Assembly: GCA_052055015.1 (NCBI GenBank) | Contig: JBQJIT010000089.1 | DNA: 32,075 nucleotides | DNA from: Malassezia furfur | Taxonomy: Eukaryota | Direction: 5' to 3' (one strand) | Part shown: positions 1-11,317 of the stretch, piece after piece | Position numbering within the stretch: position 1 is the first letter of the stretch | Layout: every line of letters starts with the position of its first letter | The notes under the pieces: generated by a model | What the model saw: only the letters and a program-made list of their open reading frames with translations | Database searches by the model: none | What the model was told of the DNA's origin: nothing | Position numbers and translations under genes: made by a program

Positions 1-134
1 CGTGTCGGCCGATGGCCCGCGCCCGCTGACTCAGCGCGTGACGCTCCACGTGGGGTGCATGCAGCGCGGGGGACGCAGGGGCGAATGCCGGGGCGTGCGC
101 CGCGGCACGCCGGCGTCTCGTGTGGGCGTCGACG

Positions 135-3045
135 ATGGCCGCGGGGGGCGTGCAGACGGCGAGTGCCGCGGCGTCGCGCACGTCGTCGCAGCGCTCACAG
201 CCTGAACGGCTCATGCCGCCGGCAAGTCCGGTGAGCAGCGCGCCGACGCACTCGCGCGCGTCGTCCTGGGCGTCGTCGTCGGCCGCGGCGTCGCCCGTCG
301 TGTCGCGCGATGCGGACGGCGAGATGATTTGCACCGCATGCAACGAACCGATCGACGACTCGGATGCGGGCAACGGCGCAGTGCGCATGTCCGAGTGCTT
401 CTGGCACATCGACTGCTTTACCTGCATCACCTGCGGGCGGCAGGTGCCGCTCGACCTGGACAACGTGCTGCTGGTCGGCACGCAGCCCATGTGCGGTGAG
501 TGCACCTTCAACTGCAGCGTGTGCAACCAGGTGATCGTGGACGAGGTCATCATGTGCGACCAGGACCCGTACCACACCGCCTGCTTCTGCTGCTCCTTCT
601 GCCGCGCTCCGATCGAAACCAACGTCTTCGCCAAGACGCCGGGCATGCTCGCGTGCGTCGCGTGCCAGGACCAGCTCGGCGATGCAGCCTCCTCGCGTGA
701 CTCGGGCCATGCGCGCACGCGCTCGCTCGCGTCCGACAGCGGCACGACGCCGTCGTCGGAGAGCAGCAGCGTGTCGGACGACGCACTGACGCACCGGCGC
801 TCGTCGTCGTTCAGCGCGTTCAGCTCGCACGCGTCGCCCAAACCCGCCGACGCGGGCATGCGCGACGCCAACCGGCTCTCGGTCGACGACCCCGCGTGGC
901 GACGCAGCTCATCGGGGACCGATTCAAGCTCGTTTGAGCTCGCGTACGACCGCCTCTCGGAGATGATCCAGATGGAGATCGTCCAGGCCTACTATGGCAT
1001 GCAGTCGCGCGCAGGCACGCCGATGCACACGCTCGACGACCACGCGCTGCGCAGCCGCGAAAGCCTGCCGGCGCTGCGCAAGCAGCTCGCACGCCGCGCG
1101 TCGCAGACCTGGGACGGCGACGCACGCGACGCACGGCATCGGCCGACGTCGTGCACCGACTCGGAGATCATGCGCTCGCTCTCACTGTACGACAGCGAAT
1201 TTGAGGCGCTGCTCGCGACGCCCGACTTTGCGCGGCGTGCGTCGGACCGCAGTGCGCTCCGTGCGTCGGCGGACACCGTCGACCAGCTCACCGACGAGAT
1301 CGTCGAGGCGCGCGACGCGGCGAGCCCGGCATGTGCCGATGACTCGCTGCGCACGTCGCCGACGGTGATGCGCGCGCGCGATGGGCCGTGGCGCCACGCG
1401 GACCCCGACGCGAGCGTGCTGCCCGACGACGTGCCGTCGCCGCGCACGCAGGCAGACGACACGCACGTGCCCCTCGACGAGGAGACGCTGCAGCTCAAGC
1501 GGCGCATTGCGCTCGCCGAGCTGCTCGCAATCGACGACGCGCGGGCGCCGCCGGGCGCATCCGAGCACGATTCGCCGTCGATCCGCAGCCGCGTTGAGCT
1601 CGTGCTCCACTCGCTGATGGCGCACCTCGACGCCGTGAAGCAGGAGTACACGCTCGAGCTGCAGGAGCTCGTTGCGCAGCAGCGCATCGTGCGCCAGGAG
1701 CTGCGGCCCATGGTGCAGCTGCGCACGGCGCTCCACCAGGACAACCAGCGGCTCGCGGCGCGTGCCGACGAGCTCCGTGCACACGTCGCGCAGCTCGAGA
1801 AGCGCTCGCGGCAGGCGCGCGCACACAAGCCGCTGCCCGAGGATGTGCCGGGTGCCGCTCGCGCGTCTTCGTCGCCGGCCGCGCCCAGGACGCCGACGGT
1901 GACCATGACGCCCGCCGAGGCGCCGCCGCCTGCACCGCGCGCGAGTGCGCCGGACCATGCGCGCCTCGATGCGTCGCTCCCGCCGCTTCCCGAGACGCGC
2001 AAGTTCCGGTGGATGAAGCCGCGCTTGCTGTCGAACCAGGAGCTGTCGATGCTCGGTGAGTCGCTGCTGCAGCCCGCGTTCGAGGTGAAGCGCACGCCGT
2101 CGCTCTTGTCACCGACTGTGCCGCCCAAAGGCGCGGGCAGCGACGTGGTCCACACGCACGGACACGCATTCCAGCCGACAAGCGTCTTGCGCCCATCGAC
2201 GCGGTGCATGGTGTGTACGCGCAACGTGTGGGGCCAGCAGGAGATGCGGTGCGGCACGTGCCAACAAGTGTCGCACACGCAGTGCCTCGCGCAGGTCGCG
2301 TCGGTGTGCCCCGGCACGCAGTCCGGCCCGCCGAGCTCGCCGTCGCTGCACTCGCGCACGCCCTCCGCCTCGGGCGCCAGCATGCTCGGCCGCCCGCTCG
2401 TGGAGCAGGCGCAGCGCGAGCAGCAGTCGGTGCCGCGCCTGATCGACTGGTGCGTCGCCGCCGTGGAGCAAAACGGCTTGAACGACGAGGGGCTCTACCG
2501 CAAGTCGGGCGGGATCCAGCAGCAGCGGCTCATCCTGCAGTACTTTGACAGCGGCCAGCCGTTCGACTTGTGCGACTTGCGCCAGTTTAACGACATTGGC
2601 GCCATCACGAGCGTGCTCAAGCACTACCTGCGCGAGCTGCCCGAGCCGCTCATTCCGCGCGACGCGCACGACGCCTTCCTCGAGTTTGGCGAGCAACTCG
2701 TGCACATGCACCATACCGTCGCGCTGAGCGCGATGCGCGGCCTGCTCGACCGCCTGCCGGATGCGCATCGTGCGACGCTCCGCCGGCTGTGTTTGCACCT
2801 CAAACGCGTCGACCAACACGCGAGCAAAGCGCGCATGTCGGCCCGCAACCTCGGACTGGTGTTCGGACGTAGGTACCCTGCCCACTCACCCAGCGACCCT
2901 CATGCGCGCCGCCAACCCCGCACAGGAGCTCGTGGAGACTAGCGCTTACGCACGCACCGTCGAATGTACGTGCCCAGCTTGGACTGACCCAGTCTTGATC
3001 ATCCACGCACCCACCTTGTTTATAGAACCTGTACATACGCTATGA
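135..3045 (+). CDS. Rho GTPase-activating protein with two N-terminal LIM domains, coiled coil, C1 zinc finger and C-terminal RhoGAP domain (Rga1/Rga2-like)
   Basis: LIM motifs (CTACNEPI...WHIDCFTCITC; CSVCNQVI...YHTACFCCSFC), C1 (HAFQPT...CMVC...CGTCQQVSHTQC), RhoGAP arginine finger GLYRKSG and MSARNLGLVFG. Introns 2869-2893 (25 nt) and 2966-2992 (27 nt) restore FGPTLMR and VEFLI. First in-frame ATG is 135 (alternative 213). Confidence 0.9.
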
Positions 3046-4031
3046 TGGGTGGATGGGCGTCGCAAGCACCTCGTCGCTCGCAGGCGCGCCGCGCGGCAGC
3101 ATCCAAAAGGCGGGTGCATCGGGCGACGGCTCGGACAACGCCGCCTCGCGCGCCGGAGATGGCGCACGCGCCGCGCCGTGCCGACGTCGCCCACGTCGCG
3201 CGGGCTGACGTGCCCACCGTGGGCCACTAGCCAGCTCGGGCGCGACATCCAGCGCATCGAAAAACGTGTGTACCACTGCATCGAGCGCGCCGGGTGGTGC
3301 CTCGTCACACGTCGGCAGTGCGTACCGGTGCCAGACGGACGCTGTGTCAGCCGCCGCACGTACCTGCACGGGCCATCGCAGGGTACGTGTCCTGCGCCAC
3401 GTACGCATCCAGATCGTTGCCACACAGCACCAGCCCACCAAGCCGCACTGCATCCCAGTTGGCACGCAGCAGCGCTTCGTACAGCGCGCGGGGGCATTTC
3501 GGCATGTACACAAGCGTCGGGCGGTCCAGGGTATATTCCCCGCACTGGTGAGCGACGCATACTCACCTGGTTCTCTTTGGGGAGCGCCATGTCCAGGCGC
3601 GCCACCAGTGCGCGGTCCTGCGCATCAAACAGCGGATCGTAGATCGTCACGGTGCACAGACCAGGGGGGTGTTGCTGCGTGAGCACGCGACGTACCTCGA
3701 GACGTGCACGAAACGCCAACACCATCGCTAGCTGGAACTGTGCCGCGGTAGTATCGAGCTTGCCGATACCTAGACACAACAAACACTCGGGAGGCTCCTT
3801 GCGCGCCCGCAACGCAGCAACGACGGCTGCGTCAGCCTACCACCTACCGTCCAAACGTGCACGCGCTCCGTCGTGCTCGAGCTGCGCTCGCTTCGCGTCA
3901 ATGTTCGCTACGAGGCTTTTGATGTGCGCTGTGCGCTCCTCGTCACTCTGTTCCGCCCACGTCTTGGGCACTGCATGCGCCGCACCGCGCCGCCTCCGGC
4001 GCCGTGAAGCCGTCCATACTTCTTCGCCCAT
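3040..4031 (-). CDS. SRR1 (Ber1-like) domain protein
   Basis: The spliced product contains LCLGIGKL...AQFQLA, IYDPLF, TLVYMPKCPRALYEALLRANW and LCGNDL, typical of SRR1. Introns 3827-3847 (21), 3675-3695 (21), 3545-3566 (22), 3342-3363 (22). ATG 4031, TAG 3040-3042. Confidence 0.82.
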
Positions 4032-4085
4032 CGTGAGCCTCCACAAAATGCGCGCATTATCGCTGCGCGTCGGCTTTTCACCGCC

Positions 4086-5267
4086 ATGGCGTCGTCGATG
4101 CTCAGCCGGCTGCCTGGTGGGCCCCAAACTCTGATTGCGTTTGTGGCGATTCTGTTTGCCTATACGGTGCAGACAGAGTCGACGCAGCACATTCAGTACG
4201 CGCTTCACTTTGAAAAGCCGCTGCAGCTCTTGTATGTGACGCACAGCAGCTTTGTGCTGCTGCTGCCGCTGCAGCTCGTCGCGCTCCGTGTACTCAGAGG
4301 CAAGCCCGCGTCCCACTACCTCGGCCTGCTTCGACGCGACGTCCAGAAACAAATCGACCATGTGCGCGCTAGCTGGGGCTGGTCTCCTGCACAGACGTCC
4401 TCGTCGCTGTACGCGACGCTGGCGCTCGTTCTGTTTCTCCTCACGCTCGGGCTCACCATCCCGGCCGTGAGCTGGTTCATCGCGCTGCCGCTCACGACCA
4501 TGGCTAACGTCACGGCCATTTACAACACGTTCAGCATTTGGGCGCTCGTGTTCTCGGTGCTCTTTCTGAACGAGACGTGGATCTTTGTACGTGGCTAACG
4601 ACTCACTCAGCATCATGCGATTGCCGTGTTACTCGGCGTGGTGGGCGTGGTGATGGTTGCCTACGGCAGCACGCAGCCCGCTGCAAATGCAACCATGTCT
4701 GTGACACCGGTCGTGTCGCGTGCCCTGGTCGGGAACGGCATGGCCTTCCTCGGCGCGGTGTCGATGGCGGCATACGAAGTGGTATACAAGCTGATCGGCA
4801 CCGTGCCCGACCACGAGCACGCGGGCTTTCGACCGCTCGCAGCTTCAGAGGAGCACGCAGAGCGCGAGCAGGACCAGTCGCCCCAGGATGATGAGCCCTT
4901 GCCATTCGGCATGCATGCCATCGCCATGACGACGGGCATTGGGCTTATGACGCTGCTCACATTGTGGTCCATGCTTGTCGTCGCCGACTGGACAGGTTTC
5001 GAGCCGTTCGGACTGCCGCCGAATTGGAGGACCGTTGGTTGGATCGCGACGGGGGCGGCCTGCGGCGTGCTGTTCAATGCGTGTTTCTCCATCCTTTTGT
5101 CACTATGGGGTCCCGTGCTGGCGAGCATGTCGTGCCTACTCACCACGGTGCTGGTGCAACTCGTCGACCTGTTTTTGGGCGTACCGTTCACCTGGGTCAC
5201 ACTCACCGGCTGCGCCATCATTGCCGTGAGCTTCGTGGGCCTGTTGCCCTGGCAAAACAAGGACTAA
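4086..5267 (+). CDS. DMT/EamA-superfamily multi-pass membrane transporter (SLC35F-like)
   Basis: About 10 hydrophobic segments; motifs FEKPL.LLYVTHSSF, TAIYNTFSIWALVFSVLFLNE and GPVLASMSCLLT. One 24-nt intron at 4587-4610 (gtacgt...ctcactcag, containing an in-frame TAA) joins two same-frame ORFs. Confidence 0.85.
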
Positions 5268-5294
5268 GCCGCGTGGGAATATTGTACAGACAAT

Positions 5295-6991
5295 CTACAG
5301 TACGTAGTCCTTGTTGTGCAAAACACATACCCCCTCAACGTGGCTGCGGTCAGTGTCTCACGTACTGGGTCTGCGGGAAAAAGTCGAAGCCGCGCACACT
5401 GTCGATCACGTACGAGGGGCACGCGTGCAGCAGGGCGCCCACATCGCGCGCTTGCGTCTGGGTGAGTAGGTAGGGCGTACGTGAACGTTGCACGAAACTG
5501 GGTGAGACTTGCTTACGTACCATAGACAATGTTTCTCGGGCGCAGCGCGACCAACTGGTCAAGGAATGGCTGGTCACAACCCCGGCGCGGCGGGTCAATC
5601 ACCACGGTCGTCTGCTCGGGCGGATACGCAATACTCGCGAAAATGTTTTCCGCACTGCCCGCCAGAAAGCGGGCGTTGGTAATCTTGTTCAGCGCGGCAT
5701 TGTGCTTGGCGCATTCGATGGAGCTGGCGCTAATCTCGACGCCAGCCACTTCGTGGAAAAGTGAGGCAAGCGACAATGCAAACAAGCCCGATCCACAGTA
5801 CGTGTCGACCAGGTACCGTGGCTTACCTTGGTCTTGCGCCAGTATTTGCTCTTTCACGTACTCAATCACCGACGGGATGATTGAACGGTTGTTCTGGAAA
5901 AAGGCGCCCGCAGGTGTCGAGAACTGAATGTCTCCCATCGTCTCGTACACTGTCGCATGATGGTCGGTCACCACGACCGATTCCTGCGCCTCGATGGTCT
6001 CTGGCTGCAAATCGGCCAGCGAATCACGCAGCAGGAGCGTTGCACCGTTCTTGTAGTGCTGGATATTGGCACGCACTTTGGCGTACTCACTTGGCATCTG
6101 CGCATTGATCGCGGGAGTGCCTATGGGGCACTCTTCAATGTCCATCACATGGCCAGTGTTGACGCTGTCAAAGCCGATCGGCACAGAAAGAGCACTCATA
6201 TCAACGTCTTCAGTCTTGTTCGCACGGCGTAGCGCGTGCGGCAGATCAAAGTGCGGCGTGAGCTTGGTGCGGTACTGCATCACTTTGGGCGAGCCTACCG
6301 TGGGCAGCACCTCGGGGACAAGCGACTTGTCCAGCTTAGAGAAGTGGGCAAAGGCTTTTTCCACAACACTCTTTTTTAGCTCCAGCTGGGTTGCATACGG
6401 GATCATTTGGTATTGACACCCGCCGCACTGGCCAAAGTAGCGGCATTGGACCAACTCGTCGTTCCGCATTGGACTGTGTCCACCCACACGCTCGACTAGC
6501 CGTGACTTGAAATACAGTCGTTCGGCCCCATACGGCACCACACGCACGATTTCACCTGGTAGACAAAAAGGTACCACAAGCACGCGGTCGCCTTCAGGTG
6601 AGCGAGCGAGACCGTCGCCATGCGAGCTGAGTCGTTCAATGGTCACTGTCACTTCTTCGCCAAAGGGTTTGACCCGGTCGAACTCCTGCTTCCGTTGCAG
6701 GATCGATTCAACCTGCTCTTTCCCCAGCATTTCAATAATATCAAACAGAATCGGCGGGTCGCCCTGCTTGCTGACCTGTTTCTGGTAGGCTTTCTGAAGG
6801 TAGTGAATCCGCTTCCGGTCGCGCTTAGCTGCTTGGCGGTCTTGCTTCGAGGGCGCTGCGCGAGGTCCGTCTTCCTGCACGCGCATCTTTTTCTCCATAG
6901 GTGCAGCGGGTGGGCTTGGCGGTGAACGAGGCGTTACCGACGTCATGATTCGGCGCACAATCAAAGGACCCCTCCGCAAACGAAATGGCAT
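5295..6991 (-). CDS. TRM2: tRNA (uracil-5-)-methyltransferase, TrmA/RumA family
   Basis: TRAM domain, CRYFGQCGGCQYQ, YRTKLTPHF, FFQNN, LVDTYCGSGLF, VIDPPRRG. Introns 5498-5520 (23), 5458-5480 (23) and 5344-5365 (22) restore YVSCNVHTQARD and FPQTHHVEGVCVL; stop TAG 5295-5297. In-frame ATGs at 7030, 6991 and 6946, so the start is uncertain. Confidence 0.93.
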
Positions 6992-7083
6992 GCACGCCTG
7001 GAGAAAAAGACGCTCCACTGCCGTGCACATTACTAACACAAAAATTTAGGCCGGATGTGGAGGTTCGCTCCCATCGTGTACCA

Positions 7084-8817
7084 ATGGAGGCTGCCAACGA
7101 TATTCTGGGGCAGGTGCTCGTGGTGAGCGGCGGAAGTGGCTACAATGATCTGGTTGGTGCCACACCCAATGCGATTTATGTTCTTCCAGGTACGTCTTTA
7201 TACCTCATGTCCAGTATCCGACAACGGCGGTGCGTAACAATTGTCATGAAGCGATGCTCACACCCCACACAGGGTCGTCTTCGGGTACGTACGTCGCCTC
7301 TGATCGCTAGAAATCATTCGTGTGCTAGGTATGCACGTTTCACTTACGCAGGCGGCCCATCTCTTGGTGATATCCGCTCCAGACTTGTCCGTCTCGCCGC
7401 GATCGCAATGACTCACCGGGATGAGTCATGCCTCAGCCAGCCCCATTCGCGTGAAGCACTTTACGCACTCTTGATGCATCGTCTTCCTCTCGAAGGATCA
7501 TCAAGGGCTATTAAGCAGGAATGGATGGATATCCTCGAAGGAAAGCATAAACTCTGGCGGGGCATCGATCCAGAGAAGCGCGAATGTGTTCGTGGTTTCT
7601 TGGTCCAGTTCGAGAGCGATGTACTACATCGTGCGCACCGAAACTTTAACTTCCGCGGAGGAAGTATCGGAAACTTTTTCTTGGTCGCGATGCAGCGATT
7701 TTTCCGCTCGATTCAAAGCGCGATTTTTTTGTTCTCAGCACTTGTCGGCATACAAGCGGCGCTACCAGATTGCCGCATTCTCCCAGCAATCAATACAAAC
7801 AGGACTGTAACTATTGCAGCTCTTCTGGAGAACGGCGAAAGTATCGTTGGCCAGTGCGAAATATCTCATCCAAGTGTTCGTCCTACTGCCAATGTCCAAG
7901 AGTTTATCTCGAGTCATGTGTCCACCCGCCAGCCCTCGCCCGAGGCGACTCCCTCCGCTTCTGTACACAACATTCAGCAGCTGGACACAATATCGCCTAG
8001 TCAGGCGCACAAACAGCTGTTATCGCGCTCAATCGGCGGGCAGGGTGGTGCTTCGGATGCCTCTAGTGCGCACAGTATGGACGACATTGAGTTCGGAGAC
8101 GACGATGAGGAACAGAATGAGCACTCGGACTCAGAAGAAGATCTTGGGAATCTTGCTTTCTCGAAACTAGACGAAAGTGCGGTTCTACAATCCCCTATTT
8201 CTCGTACGTCTTTCGCTAACACAGGCATCTATTATGTGAATGTACGCCATACGCTGACCCAAGTCCTTCCGCAACGAAGTGTTCCCGTCTCCCAACCCCG
8301 TTTACCTGCAAGCCCTCGAGCGGTGCCGCATGCTTGTGTACTCTTGGTGAGTGCTTGTCTAATACCAGCGGGTCTTTGTGGACAAGCATCATTCCTTGCT
8401 TAGCCTTGCGAGGCATCGCCTCTGCCATTGCGAATTCGCCCACCCTGAAACACAAAGTACTACTCCTCAACTCTTCCCATGATCGTGAAACCATGGGTAT
8501 GAATGGGATTGACTTTGTGCTGGCGATATGTCGGTCTCTGAACGAAATGGACAAGGACCCGAGTCACGCACAAGAAAGCGGCCATTATCCAATCCACAAA
8601 TTCATTACCCATGTCGTTTATGTGAGACAAGGCTCTATATTTGTGCCAGTGGAAGAGCTCGAGGTATGTTTCACCAGTTCTTATCCAGTCTCTGGGTGTG
8701 AAATGTGTGTCTGTTGACGCAGATTATTCTAAACCCCGTCTGAATGAACATCGTGAGTCCCTCTTTCCTTACACAGTCCTGAGGACCGCTCTCGAATCCA
8801 TTGCGCTCAATCGTTGA
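7084..8817 (+). CDS. CofD/UPF0052 (YvcK/GlmR-related, yeast YNL011C-like) family protein
   Basis: Motifs SGGSGYN, spliced VSDNGGSSSEIIRVLGGPSLGDIRSRL, GSIGNFFL, GQCEISHP, YSCGSLWTSIIPCL. Nine introns: 7190-7214, 7230-7272, 7285-7310, 7329-7351, 8204-8224, 8242-8263, 8347-8368, 8664-8688, 8753-8776. TGA 8815-8817. Confidence 0.9.
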
Positions 8818-8968
8818 ATCAAAGCAACCGTCGCACCATCGTTTCTAGTCACCTGCCTTTTTTCTTTTTGTAAAGCATAATTTCATGGAAAGCAACACGC
8901 ATAGTGTCTCAGAATAACATGGTTCACACATTTGCTTCGTACCTTTTCCTTTTAACAAATTACTATAT

Positions 8969-9750
8969 TTATGATTCAGATTTCTGTACCTCTTCACCCT
9001 GGTGTCGCATGAAACGAGCCCAGCCAATTTTGGCTTGCTGTCCCTGGATGTATAAGGGGTTTGAATGATAGTGGTGGATGGCTTCAGCCGCGGAAGCATG
9101 TGTTTTGAGAGTGACAAACGCAAAATGACGCTCCAGAAATAGTTGCGTTGAGACGACCGGTCCATAAGCCTCAAATTGTGAGGCAACTTCCTCCGATGAA
9201 GCCGAGCTCGGAAGATTGCCGACATAAACTGCTGTGATTTCTGAGGGGGAATGAGTATTAGACGTATGCCGAGTCGAGTTTGCTGGGCTTGAATTTTCTT
9301 CCACAAACCATAGCCTCGGGAACGGTGCGACTGTAAGTCCCAGACGACTCTTGCATCAAATAATGATGGGAAGATAGAGAATGCATGTACAAGGGCCGCA
9401 TCATTGATTTCAGGGGCTAGGTCTCCCACGAATACTGAAAATAGCCTGGGTCCTGCCAGACTGGCGGTAGTGGCCTCCGGTGAAGGCTGTTGAGAAGGGA
9501 ATGTTGCTAAAGATGCTTGTGACGAAGAAGAGTTGTGAGGCGATGCGAGTTGTGGGCTTCCAGCACCCCGGACCAGCCATGGCGGTAGTGGCTCACCCGA
9601 ATTGGCGCCCTGATGGGCCCAATTCAGACGCAGCGTGCGTCCGAACAGTCGATATCCATGGAAGATGGAGATCGCTTCTTCCGCACTTGCTAGGCGCGCA
9701 TACTCAACGAACCCATAGCCTGTTCCGGGCTGACCACATTTGGCTGACAT
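8969..9750 (-). CDS. PUB1/TIA-1-like RRM RNA-binding protein with truncated RRM1 and RRM2 (possibly degenerate or a pseudogene)
   Basis: GYGFVEY...LRLNWA (second half of RRM1), VFVGDLAPEIND...DARVVWDLQSHRSRGYG (first half of RRM2), then in another frame VYVGNLP...FAFVTLKTH...KIGWA (RRM3). Joining them needs either a 68-nt intron at 9241-9308 or a 1-nt frameshift near 9305. Confidence 0.6.
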
Positions 9751-9831
9751 GTCCAATTTTTCACGCGTAATAATATGTTTACGCAGCTCCCGAGCTAGAT
9801 GCTTACACGTTTCTACGCGCCCAATTTGGAA

Positions 9832-10501
9832 ATGGAGGGGTCCAACTATGGTGCATCCCTAGTGCTCCGATTGCAGGCGCTGATTGCCTTAGTGGTAGCC
9901 GCCAATGGCCACGACCATGAACTAGATACCAAGAATGTGCTCGTGCTGCGATACAAGGCACTGCAAGACACTATTGCGCGAGCCTCAGAGTCCCATCCTT
10001 CTTTGAAAATGGCACTTGCGAAATGTATGGGTTGCAGGCGTAACTGACCACCTAGCCTCTCAATGGAACTCCAACCTAGACAAAGTTCTATCAGCACAGG
10101 AAGGAGCGAGTCGTGCGGACCCTTACGTCCAACTTGCGTTTGCGCTGGATGGGGCCGACGATATGCGCGCTTTCCTGCAATACATGGAGCAGTGTGAAGC
10201 CCTCGATCACCAAGGGGCTACCTGTACAGGCTCACTGGAAGGTTTGTTCTTGGATGTAACCCAGATGTCACCGCCATGCAAGACCGTGTCGGTACCTGTG
10301 CGCAAGCGCAAGAGACTCTCTCGACGGAGTTCGAACAAATCAGACGAAAGACTGTTGGCGTGCTTGAAAGCTACGGGAGCTATGTAAGCTGTTATGCATT
10401 GCTCACCCCGCCAGGTCGATCAGTTATCGCGCATTTTCCTGAGTCTAGACCATACCATTGGCCAACTCGAGAGACGGCTTCCACGTGGCGAATGTACATA
10501 A
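9832..10501 (+). CDS. Dynactin subunit p24/p22 (Ro10/DCTN3-like) helical protein
   Basis: N-terminal LVLRLQALIALV and C-terminal YGSYVDQLSRIFLSLDHTIGQLE resemble fungal Ro10/p24. Introns 10025-10055 (31), 10242-10264 (23) and 10384-10414 (31) give a continuous frame to TAA 10499-10501. Alternative ATG at 9799. Confidence 0.6.
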
Positions 10502-10537
10502 TGCATAGTGAGTGTACCATTTGTACAATTACACAGA

Positions 10538-11252
10538 TCACGGACGCGCCGCGCTTTCTACAGGTGCAGCTGAGGTATTACGAACAGATAGGTCAGCATC
10601 GTCTTGGGACGGAGCCGCAACCTGGTCGACAACAGCGTCGCGTGGTGGGTTCATCGCTTCGAGCTGCTTCATAGCCGTCGTGAAAAAAGGGCGTAGCTCG
10701 GCAATCTCCATAGTTGAAATATTGGTCATCTAGATTAGCCTGAGGAGACATACCTCGAGATGGTTCCGGTTGATCATTTGGAGACCGGATGTAATTTTGC
10801 TTTGGCGTGCCTCGCGCAGATCTTTTAGGAGCGCGCGAACTCGTGCAGATGAAGGAATGTCTTCAGCGGCACTAGGGTCAAGACAAGCACGTACTGCTCC
10901 AGCAACAGCTTAGACACTGCAACGTAATGTAGGGGCAAAGGGGCAAAGGGTAATGACTGAGTTTCCTGACGAACAAATTCGGAAAGTGCATCTGTGTTTA
11001 AATCATTCACGTACCAACCGTGAGCCAGTCAGGTGGAATGATCACACATTTTCGTTTCTTCCGTAGCGACAGTGCTAACCACAACGGAACCTCTGCATGA
11101 GAAGGAGGCCGAAAGGGGCCATATGTCCCACTCAGTAACCGGAATCTGTCGACAGTTACGAGTGGAAGAATCTGAATTTGCGTTTCACTCGAAGCCACGA
11201 ACTCCATCTCAGTAGGCAAGATGCCGTACTGCGTAGCCGCTGGTAGCGCCAT
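10538..11252 (-). CDS. PSF2: GINS complex subunit Psf2
   Basis: EMEFVAS...YGPFRPP...VPLWLALSLRKKRKCVIIPPDWL, LLKDLREARQSKI and NISTMEIAELRPFF. Introns 10992-11014 (23), 10872-10894 (23), 10730-10753 (24). Confidence 0.95.
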
Positions 11253-11317
11253 GGTCGTCTGCTAGATGTGGGGTGGAGGTCCTCTGATCGGGGTATCGGG
11301 CTTGAGCACGGCCCTCC

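Noticed and set aside
6985..8403. 472-aa ORF taken as the real CofD-family protein
   Set aside because: It reads through introns and lacks the DNGGSS and YSCGSLWTS motifs that only the spliced model restores.
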